A DNA stretch of 61,616 nt, counting the filler, from Choristocarpus tenellus KU-1152 (lineage: Eukaryota; Protista; Phaeophyceae): assembly GCA_964200185.2 (NCBI GenBank). It is 13 parts of 13 records of this genome, joined end to end, with 100 filler letters (N's around TTAATTAATTAA, not from the genome) between each part and the next. Parts side by side here need not be neighbours in the genome. Positions count along the whole stretch, not along the records: positions 10,261 to 13,766 come from CAXNAD020019568.1; positions 13,867 to 17,676 come from CAXNAD020017798.1; positions 17,777 to 21,798 come from CAXNAD020016626.1; positions 21,899 to 27,365 come from CAXNAD020010697.1; 9 more parts are not named here. The stretch is one strand, 5' to 3'. Within the stretch, counting starts at the first letter, position 1. Each line of letters begins with the position of its first letter. The notes under the pieces were generated by a model. It worked only from the letters and a program-made list of their open reading frames with translations. It searched no databases and was not told where the DNA came from. This document shows positions 12,514 to 24,498 of this stretch, piece by piece. The position numbers and the translations under genes were made by a program.

Positions 12514-12857
12514 GTGCAATATAAGGCTGGTAGTCTATAGGTTTCCTATGTGTTTGGTAGCCAGTTTTATGTAATAAGAGTGTCGACTAAGTGGATTAAT
12601 TATCGATCACTTGTTTCCGTACGCTTCAAGTAAAACCTTCGAATGTCGATGGGTTAATTTGTTATCACTGCTTGATGCAGGTGGCTTAGGCAGAACGAGT
12701 AACGTAGTGCGACTGAGACAGACACGTTCTGCTGACGTGCGCAATAGATAACCAGGCAGAGAGCACCCCCCACCTCGAGGGATGGTGCTCACTCCGCTAA
12801 TAAATTCATTCATACCACATGAAGCGAAAACTCTATCCGAACAGCTCTTCTTGCACA
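12514..12857 (+). mobile_element. Copia 5' LTR (5'-truncated), followed by a PBS-like sequence
   Basis: Inverted homologue of 10261-10568; ends ...GCACA, then GGTTAGATGAGCC, resembling the copia half-tRNAiMet PBS GGTTATGGGCCC. Confidence 0.75.
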
Positions 12858-12863
12858 GGTTAG

Positions 12864-13766
12864 ATGAGCCTTACAGGTATGGAAGTTGACCCACGTAAGC
12901 TGCCACTATGGAGTGGCACGCGTGGGCATACAAGGGACAAGTGGGCAGAATGGAGGATGGCGCTGGTGAGCTATGCGGGCGGTGAGGGACTGTACCACAT
13001 CCTCCAACAAGCATACCACATCCCTGCACCTCCTACGGCTCATACATCGTTTGGGGAACGCAGCACATATGAGGAGTACGCCAAGCATCGCGAGGCCTTG
13101 TGGTTCCTGGTGGGCCAGGTCACGAGGGAGGTTGCAGCGATGGTGGTTAGCACCCACGAAAATAATGGCAGCCCCGACGGGAGGGTAGATCTATGGTGGG
13201 GCGCGCGCTGCGGTCCAGCGGCCCATGCAGCTCACAGCTCTCGAGATGAAGCTGCGGGACATGTACTGTTCATCGGTGGAGGATGCTGCCGACTTCGTCA
13301 TCCGTCTCGATCACATCTGGATAGAATACGAGCAGCTGGAGGCGGCCAAGGAGGACCACGCGAAGAAGGGGGGCTCTGATCATCGGCATCAGAGACAGCA
13401 TGCCATAGGTGTTTGCCCCGGCTGTCCACACCTCCAGACCTCGCCTACGACCAACTCAAAAACGCCATAGTCTCCTCCTCTTCCTTCATACATAAACACG
13501 GAAGTCACGGGGGAAATGGCTAGGAGCTCGGGGGCTATGGCGCTCCACACAGGTGCAGGGATACCGACAGGGAGACAGGGGTCCGGGAGCGGAACCAGGG
13601 ACCGGAGCAGCGTGGGCCGAGGCTGCGGCAAAGCTGATCGCTAGGGCTCATTGCGGACGTTCCTGGCCATGAACGTGTCTGTAGGGGAGGAAGTGTACAA
13701 CAGGATGGTCGAGGCAGCGCTCCTGTCCTCATCTCAAGATCTGTCCAAGACCATCAGCCTACTGTG
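12864..13766 (+). pseudogene. Copia gag, frameshifted
   Basis: KWAEWRMALVSYA...; QLTALEMKLRDMYCSSVEDAADFVIRLDHIW (UBN2-type gag); degenerate zinc knuckle near 13620; directly follows the LTR/PBS. Confidence 0.75.
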
Positions 13767-13866
13767 NNNNNNNNNNNNNNNNNNNNNNNNNNNNNNNNNN
13801 NNNNNNNNNNTTAATTAATTAANNNNNNNNNNNNNNNNNNNNNNNNNNNNNNNNNNNNNNNNNNNN

Positions 13867-15281
13867 AACTTAAAGATCACAGTCGCACCGCTTACAACCG
13901 CACGATACAAAGTACTGCAGACGCACCTCGGGAAACTTGGGCCCTTTGAGAGACTTTGCTTTCCCTGCCCGGTCTCGGTCTCGAATTGAGTTGCTCCATG
14001 ATTTTCTTTTCTTCAGCCCGGATTTTCCTCACCGTCCTTTCGGCAATGTTGAATTTTTCTGCGACAAACGTGACTTTGAGAGAGACTTGCTTTCCCTGCC
14101 CCCGGTCTCGAATTGAGTTGCTCCATGATTTTCTTTTCTTCAGCCCAGATTTTCCTCACCGTCCTTTCGGCAATGCTGAATTTTTCTGCGACGAAAGCGA
14201 CCTTGAGCTTCTTGTTCTTGAGGTGGTCAAGCACTTCAGACTTCGTGTTCAATGTCAAGTTGGACAGCTTTGTTCCATGGCCCCTCCAGGAAGGGGCACT
14301 AGATTTCTGCCCGTGGCTGCCAGCTGCAGCACCAGATGAGCTACCGTTCTGCGAGCCGAGCGATGAAGCCGATAAAAATGCGCCCTTGCCGTCAGCGCCC
14401 GCGACTTGCTGCCATGCCAAGCACTGCCCCTCACACAAACATTTGCAGTCATCGTTGAGTTCGGGATCCTTTACACCACNNNNNNNNNNGTACCCACCGC
14501 ACTTACAGCACTTGTGGATTGTGTAGAAAGGCGAACCTGGTGTGTTTGAAGGCATCTTGCAGAGGTTTCCTGCTGCACAAGTGTCACAGGCGAATAGCGC
14601 GAGTATTTCTTCCCGCACTTTAACCAGCGAGAGCAGTATACGCGCGTGGGGAACCCCAAAAGGGGGAACTCCGATTTGCCTAAACGTTGCAGAATAAACT
14701 GTAACTCGGGTAGTTGCAGAGGATCATGGATGGATGGTCGGAAAGGGTTCTCAGATACATACCAGTATTTGCAAACCCGACCAATCCCCCTACGGCAGAT
14801 GATGATTAGAGTTCCTAAAAAAGGCTCAAACCAGATCAGTTCTTCTGATCTAACAAGGCCCATATATGTCTCACTCTCTATTTTGAAACTTTATATACAC
14901 TTTATACTGATTGATTCAATTGAGAGTATCCCTGTTCTGCTGAGCTGACGTTCGATAATCTATGAATTGGACTTGACTTGTACATCCTGGAAAGGTGAGC
15001 ATTGAGGGGCGCCTGTAACACAAGGCATGACTTCCACTTTATACCCCTACCAGCAACGTATTGTACTGCTGTATGGTAGCATGACCCAGGAAGAAGGGCA
15101 CATTTCGCGAGAAATTTTTGCGCACGCGCCAAACTAGCATGAATATCCCTGGGATTTTGTGCCAAATCGCCCAAATACGAGAATTCCGATACAAAATCCT
15201 ATTTTTTTGAGCATGTCGAAAAAAAGCGATACAAAATTGATTTGGTTCATAACATTTGGCCCAAAATCGGGTGACCCACTG
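13867..15281 (-). mobile_element. pogo/Tigger-like DNA transposon left end with N-terminal transposase fragment (14618-14013)
   Basis: LTLNTKSEVLDHLKNKKLKVAFVAEKFSIAERTVRKIW is a CENP-B/psq-type HTH; candidate terminus TA|CAGTGGGTCACCCG at 15281; 14582-15020 recurs at 28642-29100. Confidence 0.65.
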
Positions 15282-15299
15282 TATACAATATATACTGTC

Positions 15300-16060
15300 A
15301 TACCGATTGAGGTTTTGATTCCAGCGGAGGATCTTCCATATGAGAGAAGCCATGGAACCTCTTCAGGAGACCAGTTCACAGATATGTGTCTACTCTTCAT
15401 TAAGAGTTCTCAAACATGAAAGATTCGCTTCATTCTCACGTCTTAATTTTTTTGACATTCCTTTCTCGCTAGATCCTCATTTTGAGAATCCTCACAGTTA
15501 TTGTACAAGCTGTGATACACGTCTCCAACCTTAACCTCGTCCTCTTTGCTGAGGTTCGTCTTGATTCGTCTGGTCCGTCTTGCCTGGTGATTCTCTTCAC
15601 CACCCTTGGCTCATTGAACCATTCCACCATAGATTCACATAATTCTTATCTCTTCTTGTGTGGAAAGCATGTTTGTCGGTTATTATACCGTTATTGCCGT
15701 ATGCCGTATGCCATATACCGTTATACCGTGGTACCGATTGAGGTTCCCAGTCAAGAGTCCATGATTTCACTGACGGACGTTTCCCGTTAGAATGGAAGTT
15801 CTTCATGTGACCAATCCCATAGACTTGGGACAGCTCGTCATTCAAGTTGTCGCACATGGAAGATCCACTTTGTTCTCACGTCTTGACTGCTGATGAAGCT
15901 CCATCTTTGATGTTGCTCATCACTCCTAAGTTTGCACTTGTCCAACCTTAGCCTCTTACGCTCGGTCGCAGTTCGTCCTTTTTCGTGCAGTCCATCTTGC
16001 CCGGTGAATCTCTTCACCACCCTTGGCTGAGTGAACCACGCCGCCACAGAATCACACGAT
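15300..16060. repeat. Diverged tandem duplication (~15300-15640 vs ~15730-16060)
   Basis: The blocks taccgattgaggtt and ctcttcaccacccttggct each occur twice, about 420-430 bp apart. Confidence 0.75.
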
Positions 16061-16103
16061 TCACATATTACAATATTGTAAAATCCTCCAACCTATGTGA
16101 TTT

Positions 16104-17030
16104 TTATGTTTCAAAATAATTGGACGCACTATCGTTTGTATTTACAACAGAATAATATTCTAGTAGTAATCTCTGGTGCCTCACCCGATCCGCACGTGAG
16201 AGGCGAACTGTCGGCACTCCATCAACGAAAGTGGCAGTCAACATCTCAAAATCTTCCCTTACAAACACTGCCTCATCACCAGCACTGAACATCCCTCCGT
16301 AGCTGGAATGGTCCCTGGAGTTCCATTTCACGGTCTCCTTCTCGTGTATAGTGAGCGGCAGGAACTCCAACCCATCGTATTCCGACGGCTCCGTCCGCAC
16401 AATGCATACACTCCCCACTGCGAGCTGCCTCTTCTTCCTAGAGAGATGGCTCCTAAAGTAAATGTCACACACGTCGTCCTCAGGGCAAAATCCGAGGTAG
16501 ATCTGAGTGAAAGTACCCTAGAGGGTACGAGTTTTCCCCTGTTTGTCCATTTGGGGCTGGGCTTCCCACGGATTTTTAATGACCTTTTACCTACTCAAAA
16601 ATGTTTCGGAGTAGGTCAAATGTATATGGTATGAAAAGGTTTGTCCGGAACAATCATGTTGATATTTCTTAAAAAAACATGATAGCGAAAATTTCATCAA
16701 AATTGCAACATTGGATTTTGGCTTCCAATTGGACACGGCTCTACCCTCTAAGATACTTTGACTCTCTCCTTGAGTACGGCACGTGAGTGCCCTGCTGCCA
16801 CATGCAGCCCACGAGATTGCCAATTGAACAGCTGGTGCAGTAGCACGACACCTCGGAGTACATGACCTTGGATGTGTTACCTTTGCCACTTGGACTGGAG
16901 AAGAACCTGAGGATGGACTTGATGCCGCTGAACTGGGGGACGCGGTAATCATGTCGTCCCTTCTGATCGATCTTGTAAGCCGGGAGGTGAACGATCTCCT
17001 GTCTCCTGATGGTGGTACGGTGTTGTCGTG
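16104..17030 (-). pseudogene. Transposase-like C-terminal remnant (Sola2-type?) interrupted by a MITE
   Basis: TIRRQEIVHLPAYKIDQKGRHDYRVPQFSGIKSILRFFSS...VMYSEVSCYCTSCSIGNLVGC; after a frameshift, removing the MITE at 16505-16764 restores KEIYLGFCPEDDVCDIYF. Confidence 0.45.
16505..16764 (+). mobile_element. MITE family A copy
   Basis: TIRs GAGTGAAAGTACCCTAGAGGGTA / TACCCTCTAAGATACTTTGACTC. Confidence 0.92.
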
Positions 17031-18321
17031 TGGCGGAAAATTAGATGTACATACTCCTCACTATGTTCAGTACGAGGATATCAATGTTGCGGAATGATCG
17101 CGAGAGAAAACAATATTGAATATGGTGCAGTCGGATTTGTTTTTTTTAATGGAGCTATTATTGCGCAGACGGTGATATAAACTCGGCAACCACATATCTT
17201 CTTTCGTGTGCTTCAAAACTTAGAGGAAGAAAGACGCGCTGGGTTGGATGCTGGAACGAATGCGTTGAGACTCCTTGTGTGTGGTGGTTTGTGGAAAAGT
17301 GAATATCAGTCAAAGTTTGTTGTCATTTGTATTGATGCCCTGATTTTTGAATGCGGGTTCATTTGCATAGCCTCTAGGTAATTCCCTCAGTAGAGAGAGA
17401 CCCTGAAGCCATGGTCTGGAGTTCTGGCGTTTTTGGGGTAATTGGTGAGACCATGCACAAAAGCCTTTTTGCATGTTGATTTGTCATTCCCTGCTGAGGA
17501 TGTGGTGTTCGAAGCCACAGGTGCCGTATAGCAGTCTAACAGTTAGTTGCTGGGGATTCGAGAGATTTTGTACTTAGGGAAAGTAGGGGGATGTACCAAG
17601 AAATGTCGACGGTAGTTGGAGGTTATAACGTATGTGGAATAAAAGGGAGACTGTGTCGAGTGTGTGGATGGGGGGGNNNNNNNNNNNNNNNNNNNNNNNN
17701 NNNNNNNNNNNNNNNNNNNNTTAATTAATTAANNNNNNNNNNNNNNNNNNNNNNNNNNNNNNNNNNNNNNNNNNNNCTTTGCTGAACGTGATTACATAGT
17801 TGAAATTGGAAGAGAGAGTGACCTTTGTGGGGTGTCTTCTCATTGTTTGTTTATTGTTATTATTGTGTTTTCGCTATCTATTTCAAAGTAGCAAAAGGGA
17901 ATGAATAGCAAATTCCATATATAATCTGGATGTACTCTCATTAGTTACATCACATGGATTCAATTCAACACAATGATCTCATATACACAAAATAAGGTAC
18001 ACTTCACTATTGTCCTATTTTGCACATCTACGACTTGTTTCGCTGCTGCCATAGCCACTGCACGTCCAGGGCAATTTTATCTTCGTGTCCTGGTCTACTA
18101 CATGTGTTGCAGGTACCACAAAATGTTCCTGTTTTATAGGTGGGGAAGGAACAAACGGACAGACATGTGGTATAGTCCACTAAACTTGAGAGACTTTACA
18201 TCATGTTGTCCAACCGATGATGTAGAACACAATCCGTGATTGAAAGCCGAGCTTCTACAAAATATCAGCGCTCCTTTGTGGTTCCCAATACCACCATACC
18301 CCAACCTCTTGTTCATCCTAT

Positions 18322-18593
18322 GAGTGAAAGTGTCTTTGAGGGTACGAGTTTTCCCTGTTTGTCCGCTTGTGGGGCTTGGCTCCCACCAGTTCTTTTTATG
18401 ATATTTTCCTACTCTGAAATGTCTCGGAGTAGGTAAAATGTGTGCGTTATGAAAAGGTGTGTCTGCAACAAGGATATTATCAGTTCCTAACAAACACGAT
18501 AGCCAAAACTATAGCCAAAATTACATCAAAATCGCAACATTGGATTTTAACCCCCAAACAGACGCGGCTCTACCCTCTAAGATACTTTGACTC
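18322..18593 (+). mobile_element. MITE family A copy
   Basis: Same TIRs and internal sequence as 16505-16764. Confidence 0.92.
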
Positions 18594-19300
18594 TGTACGT
18601 TTCGCAAACCCTATCCTGGAGTTGTAACCTAGCCGTTCGACCCACATCGGAAATCTGACATATCTCGATCGTATACTCAGCAGCAAAACAATTGTGAATG
18701 ACTGTTAGTTGTTGTTCTTCATCTGGTTCAACGCCGAGACTCCGCAACATCTTCGCCAAATTTTTCATCTCTTGAATAATATCGGCAGAATCTGCCCCAA
18801 TTGGTAGACGCAGTTCATGAAGCTTGATCCTCAAGATCGCTTGTTCAGTGATACCATCTCTTTCGAAACGATATCTCAGTGCCTGATATCCTTCAGACGA
18901 CCTGTCATGATTGTCGACTATGTCGAGTGCAAGTCCACCTACACTCATAACCAGCCCAGCCAATACCATGCTGACTTCTTGTACCTCCCTGCGTGTCTGC
19001 CTTGAGGTGTTGCTTCCTTCCAGGCCCACCCTGGTGTGGTCGTGAGTAAATAGTGCATCCATCCACCCACCCATTGCAGCACAAGTTAACAGTTGTTTCT
19101 TATACTTGAGAAATCCCTCCCCATGATCGTCACTATTGTACACCACAAACATTTAGGGAAGTGGGATGAGGCGCTGCAGGTCCACTCCCGCAGTCCTTCT
19201 TGTAGTCGTGATCCCCCTCGTTGCTAGCTCCTCCTCATCATAGAAGCCCTGGACCCCAACATCTTCATCCTCCATGTTCACGTTACCGACAGCAGTCGCC
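18594..19300 (-). pseudogene. Copia-type gag fragment
   Basis: YQALRYRFERDGITEQAILRIKLHELRLPIGADSADIIQEMKNLAKMLRSLG is UBN2-type gag; truncated at the MITE. Confidence 0.65.
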
Positions 19301-19338
19301 ATCAGGACTCCGTCTGACCCCTCTACTACTACCTTTCT

Positions 19339-19734
19339 TGAGATATTAGCACACTTTAAAGTATGCTAGCTAGCATGTAAAATAATATGTAGAATCCTAA
19401 GTCATGATGTTGAAATATGTATATTGATTCCTTCTCACTTAATGTTGAAGTAGGTACAAAGTTGGAGCGAGAAACACCATCCAAGCGGGGGGGGGAGGTT
19501 GTCCTCGTCACCAAATCATTCATGTTCTAGAGATAGATCAATAATCACTACTCATAGATTACTATCAACAATGATTCCTATACCTGAACTCCTTCATCCT
19601 GAAGTCTTCTATATTCTAGTTCTTAACCCCAAACACATCTACTATCCTTCAGAACATAAACATTGTCTCGTCATCCTCTGTTTGTTTCTTCTACAGATTT
19701 TTTTTTCACATGAATAAAAAGCATGTTCTTGACA
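19339..19734 (-). mobile_element. Candidate 5' LTR of the gag fragment
   Basis: TG...CA-bounded AT-rich segment immediately upstream of gag; no second copy in the window to confirm it. Confidence 0.4.
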
Positions 19735-20731
19735 GGGCTTTCTTGTACAAGCAGACGGGCGCAACAATACTAGAAGTGACAAGTCAAGAGACTCAACTCC
19801 GAGCAGAATAGTGGAGCTTATCAGTTTTGAGGTCGTCTTGTAATGATGTCATTGATTAGAGCTCTAGTGAACTTACAAGTACACGGTGGAGATTGGTGAG
19901 GGGATGGTAACAAGAATCAAAGAATAAGCAAAAGAACCCAAACATCTCATACACCTGAGTGTGTATTGCATGATGGCGAATAGTTCTAGGCTATAGCATC
20001 ACTTTGATGCCTAGCCTAAATTGGAAATGAATATGTTGTGGTAAGGGTTACCAGCTCAAGCTCAAGAAAGAGAGAATCTCTGCAAACAGGAAAGTCATAA
20101 GGTGGATTATTCCTACGACTGAAGTACAGTCACAATATACTCTGTACTGGAGTACTTGCAAGTGTCTTGGTGCTGCACAATAAATTTGTTTGATCACTTT
20201 TTTTTCGCAAATGAGAGGCACCCTATCTTAGAAGGGGTCTATTCCGTCCCTATCTCAGTGACAAGTGCGTGTGTTGTTCAGCTTGGATTCTTTCCACAGA
20301 ATTTTTGACACAATACAAGGATTTATATTTATGGTCAGTACTCACGTTCAGTAGTATAGAGTTTTTCTTGCAGAAGAATAGTTCCTGACCAAAATTCAAA
20401 GACATATTCGTTACTTCATAACCAAATAGCTATGCTCTCGCAGATAGTTTCCTATTAGTTCATGAGTTGGCCACCTACACCTATGGTTGTGAGGGGCTGG
20501 GGGTTACTGTTGGAAAGGGGCTGTCAAGACTGTTTTGAGACAGTTTAATCTCCTTCGCCGAACAAGTCGCTCTTCCGAGGCATGCAATGCGTTTCAAGCT
20601 GGAGGTACTGGGCAGGCAGGTACAAAGGGGTCTGACAGATGATCCTTGGGATTCGCATATAGCTCCTTGTCCTCCGTTGCACAGCTAGACAGGGAGCATA
20701 GCAGTGTGAATGTTGGTTAGCAGGAGGACAA

Positions 20732-20903
20732 GTCTCAAAGTATCTGGGGGGAGGTCTACACTAGGGTGTCCATTCGGGCCCTCACCAGGAAAAGAGCACT
20801 TACATTATCCATCTGACACATGCAATCAAATCACGCAAAAGTTTTCATATGGAAAAACGGGCCCCGTATGGACAGCCGCCCCCCCCTCCCGATACTTTGA
20901 GTC
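20732..20903 (+). mobile_element. MITE family B complete copy with ACAA TSD
   Basis: ACAA|GTCTCAAAGTATCTGGGGGG...CCCGATACTTTGAGTC|ACAA. Confidence 0.92.
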
Positions 20904-21280
20904 ACAACCCTCCCTAGAGACATTGCTAGTTTGTATTTAAATAGTAGTGTATATTTTAGGAAGGTATCTCAGCAATGGTAACTATAGCATCCGGAGTTCT
21001 TGCGTTGTAGTTTGTACTCTCCGTTTTTCCTTCCCTGACACACCTGCAACATATCAGTAGGAATAATAAGATATCCTCTCATCAATCTATTTTTCCTGTT
21101 GACACCCTTATTGACACGGACATCATACCAAGAAATATAGTATAAGAAAACGTCTGGCGAACGATTTTTTTTTCAAATTAGATATTCCCGTCAACCAACA
21201 TATTTGTTCTTTGTGTTTTTTGATATAGCGTTTTAGGTTATACTCCCATTTTACACATACACTGCCGATAATACTTCATA

Positions 21281-21780
21281 CTCCTTCTGTCCCATAAGTC
21301 TGGGCCGTTAATTTGTAGCTCTTCAGGACGACCTCCGATTCCGATACAGACCTTGCATTGGATTCCTTGGAATTTTTCACATAAAAAAACTATGTCTCAC
21401 CTTTATTCGACGCCGTCAACCCACTAATCCAGGGTCGCCGTGGAGGACGCTCGGTCTACTTTAACTGATCTAGCCAACCCACCCTCCTGCTGCCTTTTTT
21501 TGGTCCTGGTGTGCTCTACCTCGAAATCGTTCCCCCCCAGCGCTCTTAGCAGCTGATTGTACCACTTAAATAGACTATGCCACACCATCTCAAGCGTGTC
21601 TGCATTGTACGCATGGAACATGCTTGAAACCTCCTCTACCAGTTCATCAACGGTGCCGTAATGCTCCGTCCAAACCCTTCTCTTCAGATATGCAAAATTA
21701 ACAAATCATGGATGTTGAGATCCGTCGACAGCACTGGCTGTGTCACAAAGTTAATGTTCCATCCCTCCTCCTTCGCTGCT
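21281..21780 (-). mobile_element. Mariner (plant/Stowaway-type) 3' end with transposase C-terminus
   Basis: TIR TA|CTCCTTCTGTCCCATAA; peptides GWNINFVTQP...DLNIHDL and YNADTLEMVWHSLFKWYNQLLRALGGNDF. Confidence 0.8.
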
Positions 21781-22399
21781 GAACGAAAGTATCTTGGGNN
21801 NNNNNNNNNNNNNNNNNNNNNNNNNNNNNNNNNNNNNNNNNNTTAATTAATTAANNNNNNNNNNNNNNNNNNNNNNNNNNNNNNNNNNNNNNNNNNNNGG
21901 GAGGGGAGGGGGAGGGAGGGGGGGGCGGCAGGCAGTCAGGGGGGGGGAGGTAAAGTGAAGTGTGTTTATTGATTGATGGGTGGAGTTGTGTTTAGAGGTG
22001 TGAGGGGGGGGGAGAGGGAGAAGGAAATGCTTTTTTCTTTTATGGTGTGTGTAAGGGTTAGGGTATGCGTTTTGTTTTTTTGTTTTTGTGAAGATGGGAG
22101 GTGATCCGTATTTTCTAAGGGGGGCACGAACGTAAGCTTTTAATAACTTTTTGGCAGAAAAGAATGAGGCTGCACTAGAAGAGCAAATCGGGAGGTTTCA
22201 TTTGTTTCTCCCCCCCCCCCCCTCTACCTCCCATGGTAATGGTCTGTTCGGGTTCAATCTTCTGTGGATGTGGTGTAGGCTGTGTGAGGGTGGGGAGGAG
22301 GGCTTTGTGGCGTATTTTTCTATGATTGGTCTTACTTTCTAAAACGGAAACTTAAGGAGGGACTGTGTTGCCATGACTGCAGTATTCTTAGAAGTTCTA

Positions 22400-23900
22400 T
22401 ACCTTCAACCAAGAAATTGAGGAACGATGTTAATCTGATAGCAGACCTAAACGCCCCCAGCCTCCTCTTTTTACATCACTGCTGTGATATCGCTTTATTT
22501 TTTTTTCAAGACTGTAGAAACAGAACTAGACATTTATTTATTTTTCCTCCCTTGAATATTTGTTCTTCTGGAGTTTAAAAAAAAATGTTTTCATGCGGGT
22601 GGGGTTAAAAAAAAAATCATGAATGTTTGTGCGTGGCGCGCCTTTGGCTGATTTGAATATCTTGGTTTTCATTTGTTTCTTGTTTTTGTACAATGTTGCC
22701 ATGACTCCAACACGGATGTTTCCGAGGGTTGGGGTTGAGTCGCCAGTACAGTATGGTTGTCTATGTGAACGGAACCGATATGATGTTTGTGCTCGTGGCA
22801 TGTGATGATCGTGCTGTCATACTCACCTATAGATGCTTCTATATTTAGGTGGTGACAGCCTCCGATTTCTCAGGAAAATTGCCGGCCTGCAGCGTATTGG
22901 AGCCCTGTTTACTTCCCTCTATCGGTGACTTACATATGTGTTTCAACTGGTTTGATGGGCTGGGCGTTGGTATCTTGATGGAAAAAGAAGCGGGTGCGTG
23001 ATTCAGTACTTGAAACGCTCAGAGGAGGAAGGCTAGGGAGAGCCAGTGTGGCTTTTTATTTTGTTTGTTTTTCTGCTTGAGGACTGGTGGTGGCAAGGGG
23101 TGCAGAGCGCTGGCTAGGGGATAGATAGACAGCATTATGAACAGACAGTGCTGGGAATCTTTTCCACAGAGCTAGCTCTGTGGTAAGTAGCTTGGGGGAG
23201 TGAGGGAAGATGTGATTTATTGTCGATATATTGTTTGCAGCCACGGTGTGATTTGTCTCATTTTGGTGGTAGTGGCACTTTCAAATAGAACAGACAGTGT
23301 GGTGACTGGAATGGTTTGTCTTGTGAACGAATGAGGTAATAGGAATGTCTTGTGTGATCCGGGAACAAGAGCGAAGTGGTGCGGGTTTGGTATTACTAGG
23401 TTGCATGCAGAGGGCAGTTGTACGTTATGTGATATTAAAATGTTCCAGTTGTAGTCGGTGGGAGAGGCATGGTGGTTGAAAGCGTAATGGATTTTGGCAC
23501 AGTTGGGCAATGTATCTAAGAGTAGCCCTTACCAAGAAGGTGACGAAGTAGAAATAGGCCTGGCTGGCGTTGGTGGGTTTTAGGTGGTGCCAACCAAGCC
23601 TTTGAATTGGTCGGGCGGACCTGGTAGACGACACGGAAGGGGGAACATTGAGTGTGACTTGCAGGCTATTTTTTTCTGTTGGATTTTTATCATCTAGAGA
23701 TGCTGTCTTGTGTTTGCTCGGGGCTTCTGCCATCCACCTTTATCCCCCCGGAGTAGTAGAGTATTCCTTGTTGTGGGCCGTTTGCTGCTTTCGCTTTTTT
23801 ATTTATTGGACTGCACGTGTGGTAAGTACGCCGGCGGGGTAGTCGTGCGGACGGGCCGTACACGGTGTAGCTGTAAATCCTGTTCACGACACCGTTCAGA
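22400..23900 (-). mobile_element. Possible degenerate LINE 5' part (ORF1 plus APE endonuclease)
   Basis: Long broken minus-strand coding-like frames with SIYR and GD(S/F).P...HPCWS remnants. Confidence 0.35.
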
Positions 23901-24236
23901 AAAACGGTTTTAGTGAGATGAGCCCATGGATCTATATCCGATCGATGTCCAACAGCAACTGGAGGTAGAGAAATGCATGCTCACTGACAGAACTGCAAAG
24001 AATAATTTTATCGGTGTTTTTGGCACCCTAATTGCACTGCCATGTTCGTGCCTTTCATTTTTTTTTTTCCTTCTACTTTGAGGGGTTCAGTCCAGTGGTC
24101 CCGCGGTTGTTGCTCTGTCTCCCACCTGGAATACGTCACGTGACCACATTGAATTGAAGTCTTGGCGGCCACGGTTCAACCAAGCGCTTTTTGAGGTCTC
24201 TTTTTGTGGTTTAGTGGTAATGCACAGGTGAACTGT

Positions 24237-24498
24237 GAGTGAATGTATCTTAGAGGGTAAGAGTATTTCCCTGTTTGTCCATTTGGGGGCTTGGCTGTCC
24301 ACAGGTTTTAATGACATTTTACCTACTCCGAAATATTTCGGAGTAGGTAAAATGTGTTTGATATGAAAAGGAGTGTCCGGAACAAGGATGTTGACATCTC
24401 CTAACAAAAACGATCGACAAAATTGCATCAAAATTGCATCATTGGATTCTGGCCCGCAAATGGACACGGCTCTACCCTCCAAAAGATGCTTTTGACTC
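24237..24498 (+). mobile_element. MITE family A copy with CTGT TSD
   Basis: CTGT|GAGTGAATGTATCTTAGAG...TTTGACTC|CTGT. Confidence 0.93.
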
